Of a stretch of DNA of 64,000 nt, positions 1-14,491 are shown in pieces; the first letter of the stretch is position 1, and each line of letters opens with the position of its first letter. This DNA comes from Podarcis vaucheri (taxonomy: Eukaryota). The position numbers and the translations under genes were made by a program. The stretch lies in assembly GCA_965113315.1 (NCBI GenBank), contig OZ220368.1, one strand, 5' to 3'. The notes under the pieces are model-generated. The model was not told the DNA's origin, made no database searches, and saw only the letters and a list, made by a program, of their open reading frames with translations.

Positions 1-66
1 TTCAAATGTTTTGGAAATCAAACGGACTTCCGGAACAGATTCTGTTTGACTTCCAAGGTTCGACTG
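1..66. mobile_element. End of a Tc1/mariner (Tigger-like) MITE, cut by the window edge
   Basis: Ends ...ccaaggttcgactg followed by TA; similar to the element at 46036-46276. Confidence 0.6.
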
Positions 67-207
67 TACGTCTATTACAGTATACCAAAATTCTTGGCAG
101 AACGGGTCTAACAGTGCATTCCTAACCATTTCCACACAGGTATGGATCCTACTGAATGCAAAAGGGACTTACTCCTAGGCAAATGGGATTGGGATTGTAA
201 CCTAATT

Positions 208-765
208 CAGTGGTTTTCAAGCAGTATGCCGTGGCACCCTGGGGTGCCTTGAATGATGGTGAGGGATGCCACACGCAACACTGGTCTCTGTCCCTCTTCC
301 CTCCGCTCTCTCCTCTGATGCCCTCTTGTTTCTCTGCCTCCCAACGGCTTGTGTGACTGTTTGTTGCAGCAGCCCTGGCTAGAAGCTCCACAGGTGAATG
401 GCGTCTCTGGGGCCGTCCAGGGGGTGCTGGTTGCCAGAAGCTGAGGTGGCCTCGGAATACACAAGAAAGCAGGCAAGGGAGCCCAGCCAGCCAGGCCACC
501 AGCCTTGCTGTTAGGAGTGGACAGACAAGACCCAGGCCCTTCTGGGGCAGTGTGAGGAGGCACCTCTCTTTGAGGCGGGGGGCAGGGGCAGCTCAGGGAC
601 AGGAGGCGGCAGCAGCAGCTGCCCAGGGGACTCCCAAGAAGGGAGAGGCTGCCAGCTCTAAAGGCAAGGGGTGGCATAACTGTGCTCCTGAACCCCACAA
701 GGATGCTGCAGAAAAAATGTAGTTGGTCAAGGGAGTCGTGGACTCAAAAAGGTTGAAAACCTCTG
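208..765. mobile_element. Non-autonomous hAT (Charlie-like) DNA transposon
   Basis: TIRs cagtggttttcaa / ttgaaaacctctg; perfect 8-bp TSD acctaatt (200-207, 766-773). Confidence 0.85.
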
Positions 766-946
766 ACCTAATTCATTATTTTTGTGCATTACCTCTCCAG
801 CAGCATGCTTATGAACACTCCATTTGCAAGATTATTTTTTTTTTGCAGGACTGCCTGTACAGCTGAACCTTCAAAATCCTGCTATATAAAAGGTTCTGGT
901 TACTTGGGATGCTACATTTACCATGCAAACTAACTAAATGTTAATG

Positions 947-1082
947 TAGGCATCCCCAAGCTGTGGCCCTCCAGATGTTTTGGGATACAACTCCCATGAT
1001 CCCTAGCTAACAGAACCAGTGGTCAGGGATGATGGGAATTGTAGTCCAAAACATCTGGAGGGCCGAAGGCTGGGGATGCCAG
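947..1082. mobile_element. hAT MITE (136 bp, palindromic)
   Basis: Long TIRs (ggcatcccca...ggccctccagatgtttt / aaaacatctggagggcc...tggggatgcc); 8-bp TSD tgttaatg. Confidence 0.88.
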
Positions 1083-4000
1083 TGTTAATGCATTTTGCAG
1101 ACCTTCCTTTTAATATCCATAATTTGAGAATTTCCTAACATTAAAAGATTCATGTAAGCACAATCCTCCCTCTATTCCTTGATGGGTGCCATGTCTTCTC
1201 AAGAGTGTTTTATTATGTAAATACAGCTAATGGGATTCCAGTATTGAAGATTCATCACAATAAAACAAGTAGATGTCAGACTTATGCTGCTGTGGCGTCA
1301 ACAAAACAAACATTTGTAGGCTACAGCCACCTCATGAGACGCATTCAGCAATCTGACAAAGTGGGCTTAAATGTGTTAAGTCTTTATAATGTCATAGTAT
1401 TCCTTTGGTTTAAAAGGTGGTATACAAACTATAATTACAATATAATGATATGATATGACATAATATGATATAATAAAATAATATATGCCTATCCGTCTGG
1501 AATTTGTTGATCATGCCAAGTCCATTTAGTAGAAAGAAAAAATTGTAGAACAGAAATTGGGGTTTTTAAAAACCCACTTTTACTAGACAATTAATATCTC
1601 TCAGAATGCCCATTCAGAATTTAACTTTTTCGGTTAGCTTATCAGCTGTGTATAGGATTGCCATCTTTCTCCTGGTGAGCACCTATGGCTGCAGCATATG
1701 CACATCAGAAAGAAATTCAACAGGTGATGCTTATTTATCACTGTATGAAATGGGGAGGTCCCAGCTGGTTGACGTCTCAATTCTGCCTGTCATCAAGCTG
1801 TCAAAAAGTACAGAAACCCTGACATTAAAAAGTTGTAACTGTGGGAAGGAACTTGTTTATCAAATAAGAACAAAACCATGTTGCGATAATACATTTAACT
1901 ATGTTTAATGGTTTTGTTAATGGAGTTTCAACGCCTCTTGGCACACTTGACAGGGATGTCATAAGGATTAAAAGAATATATACCTACAGCATCTGAACAC
2001 TTGCTGCTTAGAGGCCAACTTTGGCAATTAAGAAGCATATAAAGTCATTAATAAAAATACTGCAGCTCATTATTACTATGATGCTGAACTAGAAAGAAAT
2101 CTGAGAGAGATAAAGTGAAACAAATGTGTAAGTACTGTGGAACAGAGATGGGAAAGTAGATCATTTGGTGAGGGGCTATGAGAAGAGGGGGGGCAGTAGA
2201 AATATAATTCTAGGAGAGTTCCTCGTAAATAATGGGGGTTGGGGAAAGAGAGGAGTCCAAAACAGCCTTCCAGCACCTCATTATGTGAAGAAAGGAATGC
2301 CCACAAATGGAACCAAGTAAACCTCTTGCCAAAATAACAACAAAGCACCCCCCCATTCTTCCTTGATTCCTCCCCCCCCCCCAGCAAAGCTTATTTTGCT
2401 TAAAGGCACATCCATACACACCCCTTCTCTTCTGAAATAAGGGGGTGGGGGAGATGACCAGAAAGAAATTGGGAAGAAAGAAACTGAGGGACACCAATCC
2501 ACCCTCTCCTATCTAGGAACAAGGAACCAAGAGCAGAGTGGAAATCAGGTTTCATTAACAGGGTGAGAGGTGAGAGGCAGAGGTGGTGGAACAGCCTTCT
2601 GAATCCCTGGTGGAGACTGGGAACGTGTTTTGGGGGTGGGTTTTGCTGTCGCAGGAGGACAACTTGCGCTTTGTCTTCAGTTGCTACCTGCAACGTTAGC
2701 AATTCAGATCTCCCCTCCTGCTAACCACCCAAGAGAGAAGCAGTGCATCTAACCACAGAAAAGAGCTTTGCAGCTTGTTTACTTGTGCAAACTGTACGAA
2801 AAGGGAGTCAGATTCCCTCTTCAGCACATCAAAAGGCTGGTGTAGGGTGGGGTGTAGGGTTGAAAGGGAATTCCAGCAGTTCTATAGCTGATAACACCTT
2901 TTCAGCTTTTGTGGTCAGTCAGGGAGGCTGCTGTCCTCTCCCATGGTGGAGATTTCAGTCACAAACCTTTCAGCAGAAATCTCCACTTGGTTGCAAGGGG
3001 GCGCTTCTGAGTCGCAAAAGGCAAATAGCACCTTGTTAGTTTCGAATGCTGCATCAAACGTAATTTATAAATAACACCCCAACAATAGAAATGTAAGATA
3101 ATAATGATGATTTCAAAATTTAAGAACAAACAAACAAGTGGTATGTTGATTGTGATCAAATATTGTAGAATACTAGTGAGGAAACTGTGGCCTCTAATGT
3201 TGTTGGACTCTCAACTCCCTTCAGCCCCAGCCAGTGTGGCCAAAGATCTGTGATGATGGCACTATGGCACAGCAACGCCTAGAGGGTCACAGGGTCCTAA
3301 TCCTATTGCAGAATATTCCAGTTACGCCATGCAACTGATTGGCGTCCAAAATCCACCACTTACAGCCACAGCCTCACCTACCTTCACTACCTCTGTTGGG
3401 TTTCAGCCCATTTCTTGTCCCATTCATAATGAAGCCCCCTTCCTATGCACCCTGGCAAGCCCAGCCTTGCATACCAGCTCTTCTGCTCTAGATCTCACCC
3501 CCAGTTTTCCTTTCCTTTCCAATCACTGGGAGGTGAGAGGAAAGCAGCACAATGATACCACATTTTTCATTTTCTTCATCAGGAGGACAGGCACACTCCA
3601 TTCTCCTTGCCTAGAGAAGCAGCTGCCTCAGTGGACTCCATGCATTCCAGAAATCTTTCTAGATCAGGGAGGGGCACCATTGTGGCTGCTCATATACGCT
3701 ACCTGCTCTTCCACTTCATTGGCTTATTCCTCTTGCCTGATGTAGCCTCACTCTGCTTTAGGCACTTCTGTCTGTCTGTCTGTCTCTCTCTCTCTCAGGC
3801 CCTGCGCACTTCTGGTAGTGGAGTCAGGAGAGGGAGAAGAGTGCCGGAACAGACTCGAATATGAACCAGGGTGACTGCTCCTATCACCTTAGGTATTCCT
3901 GTCATGAGAACTATCCATTACTGGTTTAACATCTTACTTTCCTCTCCTATCACTTTTCAGGTTACTTCAAAACCATTTGGCCTAAAACTTCAGTTTTGAA

Positions 4001-6809
4001 GACTTTGCCAGGATGCAGTGAAGTTGGCTGATGCTGAGTTACATAATGTTCGGCTACAACTTGGACATAGTTTTGCCAAGTTGTGTGTGTGTGTGTGTTT
4101 TGATGTTTAACTACTGTGAGTCACCTACAATGTATAATATTACATAAATGAAGGCAAGGAAATTACCCCCCTGCCCAGATGTCTGGATATATAAACAAGA
4201 TCAACTGTTGCCTTTTTCACTCTGAAACATGTGGCAAATCTCAGTTATTATTATTGTTATTATTATTATTATTTAAAGAATGCCTTTTGTATGTAGTATA
4301 ACATCGGGCTCAGGGTTATGAACTGCAATTTGAAACAGTCTCCCTAATTCTAATCTGACCCTCTAACCACTAGGGAAGGCAGGGCTTCCAGAGAATGAAA
4401 CCAAGAGGGTCTTTCTCTTCAGGAGAGATGGGCTACCACACTCCTATAGTCAAGGAATCCTATGGACAGTCAAGCACAAGTGAAATCACAGTAAATTAGC
4501 TGTGTGGTTTTACTGCAAAAACTGCAAAATCTGCCTGTGGCTCAGGGAATGAGCCCCGAAGACATGGCCACACTATCCAGCAGTAAAATATATGCAAAGG
4601 CACTTGACTTGTATAGTCAGTCATGGTGTTTGCAAAAGGCACATTTACACCAGAGTTGTTTGTATGTTTGTGATGCAATATTTGCCTTGAAAACAGGGAT
4701 ATTGGAAGAAATCTCGATAGTCATATTCAGACAAAATTCTATAGTTTCAAGAAGAATACCAGCTCAGCCCATCCCCAATTTTCAAGGGCAACAGGAAAGT
4801 CCCGAAGCACACATTTTAACACTGAATCTCAGCCAGAGATCTCACAACGAAGTTCACTATGTATTTCTGCAATGTACCTCTTCTGTTTGAACACCAGTTT
4901 CATCTGCTGCAAAATGGAATACAGCAGAGCAGATGCGGCCTTCAGTTTGCCCCTCAGGACTGGACAGGGAGGGGGGAGGCGTGCAGCAGCTAACAAGGAC
5001 TGAGGCCGGACTGTTTGAATCTGAACAGCGCAGCTGTATCTCATCCCACAGCTCAATTCCTGCAAATGCCGTGACTCAGACTAAACTGCGCTGCTCTAGC
5101 TCTACCATCCAGTGTGGTCTGGACAACGTTTCCATCAGAAGAGTTGCTAAGTGTTACCAAATAAGACTATAAACACCCATGGGGCTGTAACAGCAAAAAA
5201 ATGGCTAAAAATACACTATGTTCCAAGCACATACCAGAACATTTTGACAGATCTCCCTTCAGTGCTTCATTTGTTGACCTAACACATAAGTATCTTTTTG
5301 CCTTATGAAACCAGGGACTTCATTTCAATGCAAGAATCTATTTTAAAACCAGTTCCAACCACCGTTACAAGAGACAGCTTCTTCTGCAACACATTAAAAA
5401 AAATCTGATTAAGAGTTGTTTGGATCCCATTGCTACTTATGTATAAACACAGAATCCTAGAATTGTAGAGTTGGAAGGGACCTTAATGTGCCACACGGCA
5501 TGAAACAAAGGGCATCTCACGGATCTGTTTCCCCCACATCCTGGTCCCACCTTCGCTGTGAAAGAGCTATTCCAGTACTGCCAGTACAAGTGGAAGGAAA
5601 ACAGCTGTACAGACACATCTAAGCTGAACAAAGGGGCCCAATAAGCTTCCTATTTTGCTGCTTGCATGGGACTAGCAGGTCACAACTCATACCTGGTGGG
5701 CTGTGATTGGCTAAGAACAGGAACGGGGAACCTGCTAGAGATGAGAAACCCGTGGTCCTGCAAGGGCTGCTGGATGCCTGCTCCCATCTGCATGTCAACT
5801 GGTCAGTGATGATGGGACTTGTAGTTCAACAATATTGTGAAGGGCTGCAGGTCTCCCACCCCCAGCTTAGCAGGTTATAAATATGGCTAGTGCACCCCAC
5901 AATTCCATGGTAGCAACAAAAGTGGAATTGGCCACAAAATGTGACTTTCTGAGAATCTCAACTGTCATTTGAAAAGATCCAGGTTTCCAGCTCCTGTGAG
6001 TGTGAAGATATGCTAGAAAGCGTGTAAGTAACACCTACCTATCAGATGCCAAGAAGTTGGCCAAGTTTCCAGTCTGTGGGCTGAGTTTCGATGCTCCAAT
6101 ACTTGCCCAACTCAAGTCAAGTAGAACAATACGCTAGTAGAAAAATATTATACATCATAAAAGAAAATTGTGCAAATTTGCTTGATATGCATAATTTACA
6201 AAAGCTACAGAATTCAGTTTTTCTTGCCACAGAATTTGTATGACAGAATGTGATTCGATTTTTTTTTAAGCACAGAACAACTAGGGTTGGGTGTTCACAA
6301 TGCAGGTGTGAGACGGAAAGCAGCCAACAGTCCCTTGACCTGAGCAAATCTGCAATTTCCCTTGGGATGTAGCAAGACAGCTATATCATGGAGCTCTTTC
6401 ATGGAAGATGCTATATCAGCCATGATCTCCCTTTCCTCACTATCCGAAAACAATATGCAAGGGAAAAGATGGAAAGAAAGATAAGGTTTATTATGGACAG
6501 AGAATGGAGAGCTCAGCCTAGACAGACTGATTTCATAACCCAAGAACAGCCCTGACTCATTTCTCGGACCCTGTTTTATTCCCACGCTTTTGCAGAAGGA
6601 AATGTGATGGGAAAAAGCAGAAAGCTGAATCCCAGAGACTGCTAGTCATAAGCTGTAAAACAATAAAAACTGGCAGGGGGGGGAGACTTGATCAGGGATA
6701 CCATCATTCATTCAGATTAAGTAAAATGCTAATCAAAGCAGAGAGAGAAAGGGCGGGGGGCGAGAAAAAGTAGCACCAATATGTGGAACTTAACTTTTTC
6801 AGATTTATA

Positions 6810-7355
6810 ATCATAATCATAATAATTTATTTGTACTACGTGGGTTGCCCCAGCCACTCTGGGTGGCTTCCAGCATATATAAAAACATAGTAAAACATTA
6901 ACCTTAAAAAGCTTCCCTATACAGGGCTGCCTTCAGATGTTTCCTAAATGTTATATTCTCCTTGACATCTTCTCCTTGACATCTGATGGGAGGGCATTCC
7001 ACAGGAAGGGCGCCACTACTGAGAAGGCCCTCTGCCTGGTTCCCTGTAGCTTCACTTCTCGCTGTGTGGGAACCGCTAGAAGGCCCTCGGCGCTGGACCT
7101 CAGTGTCCAGGCTGAACGATGGGGGTGGAGACACTCCTTCAGGTATACTGGACTGAGGCCATTTAGGGCTTTAAAGGTCAGCACCAATACTTTGAATTGT
7201 GCTCGGAAACGTACTGGGAGCCAATGTAGGTCTTTCAGGACCGGTGTTATGTGGCCTCGGCGGCCACTCCCAGTCACCAATCTAGCCACCACATTCTAGA
7301 TTAATTGTAGTTTCCGAGTCACTTTCAAAGGGAGCCCTGCGTAGGACGCATTGCA
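6810..7355 (-). mobile_element. L2 LINE 3' fragment
   Basis: ORF2 C-terminus HITPVLKDLHWLPVRFRAQFKVLVLTFKAL...RAFSVVAPFLWNALP, followed by 3' UTR and ATT-rich tail. Confidence 0.9.
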
Positions 7356-8094
7356 ATGCTGCTTTTATGACCCACCTTAGGTCAGGCAGGGAACCAGCAG
7401 AAGATTCTGATCCACTAGCTGAATGCAAATTACAAGAATCTAAAATGTTGAACAAAAATGGTAGAAAATAATGAAAGTCTCTATTTAAAAAGTACAAATC
7501 CTTTGTAAGTGTACAAATGTACAAAGGATTATTACTTAATATGAGTGATTCAATTTGTAATGCAAGATTATTCAAAGAGTTAATGTTTTACAAAGTACTC
7601 CTGTGTGACATTCTTGAATCTCTGTTCACAAGGATCATACTTAGGAACTAGTATTTGCTAGTACCTGTTGAGGTCCTATTTATTGTCATTTCTTTTAATC
7701 TATGGAAGTCCAAGGTAGGCTACTGCTGCAAAGCTGACATGTCTTTGGGAGAAATGCCACATTAGACAACCTTAGGAGGGACCTCTGAAATCTTTGGCCT
7801 TCCTTCTGAAAAAAATAGAGGCAGGCATCCTTGAAGGTTCAGTATTACGATTCTGAGAACAAGTTCACTGTATCAACTTGCTTCAATCTGGTTTGCAAAT
7901 GATAGTGAATTCAGCTAGATGGCTCTGATAGAGTTTGCTAGGGAGACAAGGTCCTTTGGTAATGCCTTCCCTTCTGCTTGGAAACCTATGCTAAAAAAAA
8001 CTGAAAAAGAGCTGAAAAATGACACATCGGCGGGCTAAAAGAGATCTAATGCTTGAATCCTAGATCTGGAAGGGACCTCTGTAGAAAGAACCCA

Positions 8095-8310
8095 CCTGTA
8101 ATTTCCCAGATCCTCCCTAGACCCCTGCTTAAAAATTGGTGTTATACTGGTGACTTTCCAGTCCTCAAGTACAGAGTCTTATCTTAGAGAAAAGTAGCAT
8201 ATTTTTGTTAGAAAGTCAGCAATTTTACACTTGAATTCTGAAGACTTCCCGGATGTATGCCACCTGGACCAGATGATTTGTCTGTTTTTAAGTTGTCATT
8301 AAGACCTACA
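8095..8310 (-). mobile_element. CR1 LINE ORF2 internal fragment (degenerate)
   Basis: LKTDKSSGPGGIHP resembles the CR1 motif KSPGPDGIHPRVL. Confidence 0.7.
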
Positions 8311-10019
8311 ATGACAACTGCCTCAGTTCCTTTTCTAATGTCGACTATGACTGTGTTGGATTTTCCTGGCAACTGTCCGCTTATTGAATTTGATAGCACT
8401 ATGGTCACAGTTCCCAACTGATTCAACAACGCTTACATGTTGCATCAGGTCCTGGACACTAATTAAGATAAATCTTCAGGCTTGCTGCCCATATGGCCAC
8501 TTCAATGACCAGTCATTAGATTTTATTGTTTATAGCTAATGGCCATCACAATACTGTATGAGCACTAACCACACAACTACAAAATTTCCATGGCCAACTC
8601 TTCTAGGGTACAGCCATTTAGATGACTACATCCACCGAGCTCTTTGTAAATTTTGAGTTAAGAAAGTATTCCTGCTTGGCCCCAAATAAATGAACAAAAA
8701 TTATTTGTGACACCCACAGTTGCTAAGAACTGTGTTCATCTTCCAAACAGAGGATAGCCAAGCCTAGACGTGATTAGTTTCAGAGATGAAGCTACATTAG
8801 CTATCCATGATCACTCCTGCCTTTCCTGACATAAAATCATGATATCTATTCAGTCTAAACACCTCAACAAGTAGTAAGAGAAAATAAAGCACCAGGCAAC
8901 CCCCTTTTCTTCACTGCTATCAAAGCTGCTGTCTGATCATGTGCAGCCAAAACGCCTTTACAGCATTGAGCTGAACTCAAGGATTACCCAAATTTTCCAC
9001 CTGTTTTAACTTGGCTACATAAAAATGATGTAATTTATTTACATGCTACGATTGGTATTTTCTTGTAAAAAGGCTGCTTTAACCACAATCTGTCCCTTGT
9101 GAACAAGAGGCACCAAATTTACCCTCTTCCCATGATCCTAAAAACATTGCCTGTCAACTCTTGCTCTGCAAGAGAACAGGGCAGGATGCGACAAGATGAT
9201 ACCATCTGTACATGGACTGGCTGAAGAAATATGTTTATACTTACAAGTAAAAGTTAAAGATGATATAAAGCTCAAGGAAATGCACGGTTTACAGCAAAGT
9301 TCTAGCAAGCTGTCTATTTCAGCCAGGATGGACACCTATCATAAATCTGTGAACTGTTTCATTAAAAATTTAAAAATAAGTCCTGGCACATACTCCTTTT
9401 GAAGTTCAAGACATTGGATGACCTTATTGAGATATTAAATACCGTAGGTTTTCCTGGTTACAAAAAGATCCTGACTGTTCTTCTCTAATGGCATATGCTT
9501 GTGTTACAATCCAAATAAATCCACAGAAGCTACCAGAACATGACAAGTTCTACAAGTCCAACTGCCCTAAGATTATAAGCATTATAATCTTAATGCTATG
9601 CTTATTTCTTTTTTTGTGAAGACTAGGGCTGGGTGATGTCACCTTTCCAACATTGCGTTGTATCACCAGCGAAACATTGCAATCTGGCGATACATCGTGA
9701 TGTTGAACCTTGGTTGAACCAGGGCTCGTTGTTGCTGCCATCAAGCGCTGGGAGTAGAGGGACTCCCTCTGCTTCCAGCACCAGGTGGCAGCATCACACA
9801 ACCTCAGCCCCGCACCCTGCAGAGCACGGCTGCTTGATGCTGCCGCCGCCTTTCCCTTCACCTGGGCTCCCTCTTTCTCCTGGGCGAAGGCACCTGAGGC
9901 CCCCACCCCGCCTCTGACTCACATGAGCTGGAGAAAGGGGGCTTGATCGGTTGAGAAGTGGACTTCCTCAAACCCCCTGCTGCAGATTAAAAGAGCCGCC
10001 ACCACCAAAGAGGTCAGCA

Positions 10020-10355
10020 CAGTGGCGTAGCGGGGGGGGGGGTACAATCAGGCACTCGCATGCAGGTGCTGGCTTCCAAAGGGATCCCTACCCCACCCTG
10101 GCAAAGGCAGCAGAGCAGCTCAGGCCCACGGTGAGTGGGTGCGGACAGAGGGAAGTGGGCAAGGGACGACCCCAGTGTAGTCCAGCCTCTGCAGTGTAGT
10201 CCTCACTGCAGGAGTTGGGGGGATTAAGGGCCACGTTGGCCAACAGGGCTCTCCCCTGTACAGGCAGGCAGGCGGTGCAGTGCAGTACAGCCCTGCTTGG
10301 CTCTGAGGAGGCACTCTGGAGGTATTGGCGGCTGGCAACCCACACTACGCCGCTG
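10020..10355. mobile_element. hAT (Tip100-like) MITE
   Basis: TIRs cagtggcgtag / ctacgccgctg; degenerate 8-bp TSD ggtcagca/gattagca. Confidence 0.65.
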
Positions 10356-10993
10356 GATTAGCAGACCTAAATATTAACAAAAACCATTCGAAAGGTACAA
10401 GAGTTGAAGTATTTGATTAAAACAGACTAATCCTAAACCATAATTTATGTTCTGCTTACTGATACTGAAACAAACCAAAATAAAAATGGTTCGAAAATAA
10501 AAATCCTGCAACTGCAGGGGCAGAATGAGATGTTTGTGTAGAATATTTGTTTTTCCTTGCTGAGTGCCTAACATAGGCCATCACACATCCAGTCTGCGAA
10601 GAGGAATAGATACCCTTTGCTTTAGCAACATAATTATATACAGTACCACATTGTTTCAAACCACACTCTTACTAGTTAGAGAAAAATTCTATGGGATATA
10701 CTTAGCCATACGACTATTAGAACCCATATGTGTAAAACAGCTGATAATGCTAAACATGAAAAGTCCTAATTCTCTGCCAAGGAAAACCGCAATCATTGCT
10801 CAAAGAACTATGCAAATCAATAAGATTTATGCAGATCTGCTTATGGTTACAGCAAGCTCACCCAATTCGCACATTTTATTTTCAATTTCAGATGCTTTTG
10901 GGTGGAGATTCTGTTCCATTCAACATTGAGAACTATAGCCAGATTCCCCAGAACATTAAAGAGGCAAATCATTCTCTCATTCTAGCCAGCTTC

Positions 10994-11031
<38 letters not shown>

Positions 11032-12643
11032 AAAAAAAAGGGGGGGAGTTTCTGTTGCTTTAATACAAAAGGCGGCAACTTAGAAAAACAAGGCAGGATG
11101 TAAAATCCCTGAAGAATTTGCTTTTATATTTAATTTCTCAACTGTTTCCTGTCCAAGTGACTAAACACATATGAATTCTCAAACAGAGTTTCAATAACCT
11201 TTATATATAAAAAGACTCAGGCCATTTTTTCTAATCAAGGGTGGCCCTCTTTGTTTTAGAAGTAAAAATATATTTTGCTCACATATGCATATACCTTGGA
11301 ATGTATACATTTTTTAAAGTGGTCCATAAGAACTAGAGTGAGCTTTAATAAACTGAGAACCACCCAGCCAAACCCACCCTTTCCCAATTTCCCAACAGTC
11401 AAACACACCCTTCCCAGACCTTCCCTTAGCCCCTTCCGCTCCCCCATCTGGCCACGCCTGGCCTTCCTCAGTAACATTCTTAAGTCTATCCTTCGCCGCA
11501 GTCCCAGAGTGACTGACAACCGACAGTGAATGGCAAGATCCCAGACTCCTCAACATTCTGGAACATGGCACATCGACTTCCTTCAAAGCATGTTAAATAG
11601 CTTTCAACTAAGGACCAAATCATTTCAACTATCAAGACATGCCCTCTCTCTTCATCTTCCTGTCTGAAGAGACCACATTACATTTTTGGGTTAGATAACA
11701 AATACTTCAAAGGAATAAACAAATGTGGCAAACAGTTATTTTAAAATGGGTGCATTGTATCAAAGCACTCAGGACGCTTGCTGTAGCTCCTTGTCAAGAG
11801 TACACACGTTGCAAAATGACCAAACTGTGACTGGCCTTGGTAGTCAGCCGAATTCCTTGTTTCTCACCAATGCTGCTCCTCTCACCCCAGAGGTTTTATT
11901 GTGATGCCACACTGCAAGTTAGGGTGCTTCCACAGCCCAGTGTGACTGCGGGAGAAGCCCCTTGCCTTCCTCTGAGCTAGGAGGAGAAGGATGTCTCACT
12001 GCTTTCCAAGGCTCTCGGGCTCAGTGCAAGGTCTAAGAGTTCTCCAGCCCTTCTTCAGGCTCAAGGAATCTCAGCAGAACATAAAAATGCTCCTGCCAGT
12101 GGCCTCGGAGTGGATGGCAAGCTCCAGTTTCTTGCTGTGTACAATAATCTTTAGCAGCTGACCCTGGCTGGATGACTGCAATGAAGAGTGGCTTTTCATT
12201 TAGTTGCAAGTGATGGAATCATGCATAAGCAGATATGTGGAGAGCTGGGTAAAGGGCAGAGAAGGAACCCCACCCTCACAGTGCAAAACGTACAGGGGCA
12301 AGAAAGTGCTGTTTGGATGCAGTCAGGGATGCCAGGGATTTAAAACTACAAACTTTTTACACATGTTTGTAGAATTGTTGTTTTCACTCGTGGTTACTCT
12401 CTTTTGGAATTTGCTTTAAATATGGAAGCAGCCTATAAACACCCTGCCTCCACATATAAAGGGGAGAAATGCAGAGGAAAGCAGAGAAGCTATTTCTTGT
12501 GCTGCTCACTTCTAAGGATCCCTTGGCCTCCTTGTCACTCTGCATGCTTCCTATTTACATGTACCATTCAGTCTACTGTTACATCCAATGATGTTCTGTG
12601 ACTCAGTAGCTTATTGCACTAAATTATTCCATATGCTAAACAT

Positions 12644-13008
12644 GGTAAAGGTAAAGGTACCCCTGCCCGAACGGGCCAGTCTTGACAGACTCTACGGTTG
12701 TGCCCTCATCTCACTCTAGAGGCCGGGAGCCAGCGCTGTCTGCAGACACTTCCGGGTCACGTGGCCAGCGTGACAAAGCTGCTCTGGCGAGCTGGCACCA
12801 GTGCAGCACACGGAAACGCCGTTTACCTTCCCGCTGGTAAGCGGTCCCTATTTATCTACTTGCACCGGGGGTGCTTTCGAACTGCTAGGTTGGCAGGTGC
12901 TGGGACCGAACGACGGGAGCGCACCCCGCCGCGGGGATTCAAACTGCCGACCATGCGATCGGCAAGTCCTAGGCGCTGAGGTTTTACCCACAGCGCCACC
13001 CGCGTCCT
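12644..13008 (-). mobile_element. Sauria SINE (Squam1)
   Basis: tRNA-derived head with A/B boxes, (ACCTTT)n tail, TSD gctaaacat (12635-12643, 13012-13020). Confidence 0.92.
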
Positions 13009-14029
13009 TTCGCTAAACATTGTACTGATCTGCAAAAACCCACTCCAGCACAAAACATTTACCATTATATAACTTCCTACATTTGGAGGAGGCCCTTCCT
13101 TCCTTTTAATGTAGGGTAGGGCCCACATTTATATTGATTCTTCTGAATATGTCTTATTAACTTGTTACCACTCATTCCAGGAGCCTGGCCACCAGTCTTC
13201 CCTCTGCCCAAAGCAAGTTTTACATTTTTTTATTCTTACACACCATTTACTTTTATTTTATTTTATTTTAAAGATATTTATTAAGACACATCATTTACTT
13301 TTAATGATGCACGAGAGTAAAAGTGTTATGGACAAGATGGCCCAGCTCTGCTTTTGGACTCTATGGATTCTAACAGAATGCTGCCTTTAAATATCTTCCA
13401 AAAGTGCATTTCAAAGTCTGAAAGCACACTCATATTGTTTCCAAGTGTTATGGCTTGATATTTAAAATTAGAAGAGACATTTGGATTTCTTTGGTGAAAT
13501 ACAGACTTCCACCAGAGCTTACTATGGTTGCCTTGTGGAAGGTCAGCTCGGCCACTTGATCTTGTAAGGGCAGATCACTGCCTCCACTTACCATAAGAGG
13601 CACCTTATAAATCAATCAAACAAAATAAATAAATAAATAAATGTCAGTCTAGCCATAACACCCTTAGCTGTTGGGCTTCCATGGCCTTACAAGTATATCT
13701 CATAACCAAGAGATGGAAATATTGATTCACATCTGGTTTTGTATGCACAAGTATCAGTATGAGTTGAACTGGAAAAATAAAAACAAGTCCATGTTCAGAG
13801 CATATCCTTGAACAGTGAACAGGGCACAGCCTTCTTTACAACCTGACCGTTCTAGTGGGGAGGTGGCAGAATCAGCTGACTTTGAGTTGGACAGGGCTTC
13901 TAAGGTAGCGTGCTTGGAAACACTATTTTCCCCACGTACAAGACTGATGGGAATCTTGAGGGATCTTCGTGCATAGGAAGCTTTCAGATTTGTAAGGCAT
14001 TGGGGAACATTTTGAGACACACTGAGACT

Positions 14030-14366
14030 ATATAGGCTCCAACTTCATTTGAATCCCAGCAGGACAAGACTTTTATTGCTTATTATCAACAAAAGACTGC
14101 AGAAAATCTTTCCCGAACTGACTTCTAAGGGAAAGTTGACAGAACCTCAGATACAGAAAGTTGGCCCCCAAAAGTCTGAGAGGATGTCAATACCCGACCC
14201 CACCCGCACCCATCTTCCACCCCTCCACGCCTCTCCCCCTTTTCTTCCTAATGTCTCAACAAATGAAACTGATTTGTAAAAATGTTACATGGAAAAAATG
14301 CAAGAGAGAGACATTGCACATACTTCTGTAAATCAAGAAAATCTTTAATAAAAATACCAAAAAAAA
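14030..14366 (+). mobile_element. Probable L1/Tx1-like 3' end
   Basis: C-rich 3' UTR-like segment ending in aataaa and an A tract; upstream frame YRLQLHLNPSRT resembles a LINE ORF2 end. Confidence 0.4.
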
Positions 14367-14491
14367 TGGTTAATGGGCAGAGATCCTATTATTATACCGC
14401 CCTATACCTGGAGGTCTCCAGGCACTTCACAGAATAAAATCAAAATATAAAACCATAATTTATGGAACTTGCTGCCAAGAGTCTTAGTAGA

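Noticed and set aside
149-698. 116-aa and 163-aa GC-rich ORFs
   Set aside because: Lie largely within a hAT non-autonomous element; low-complexity, no domain.
2400-2702. ORF or exon-like segment (ctaac...ttgcag)
   Set aside because: No recognisable homology, poor pyrimidine tract and no convincing donor.
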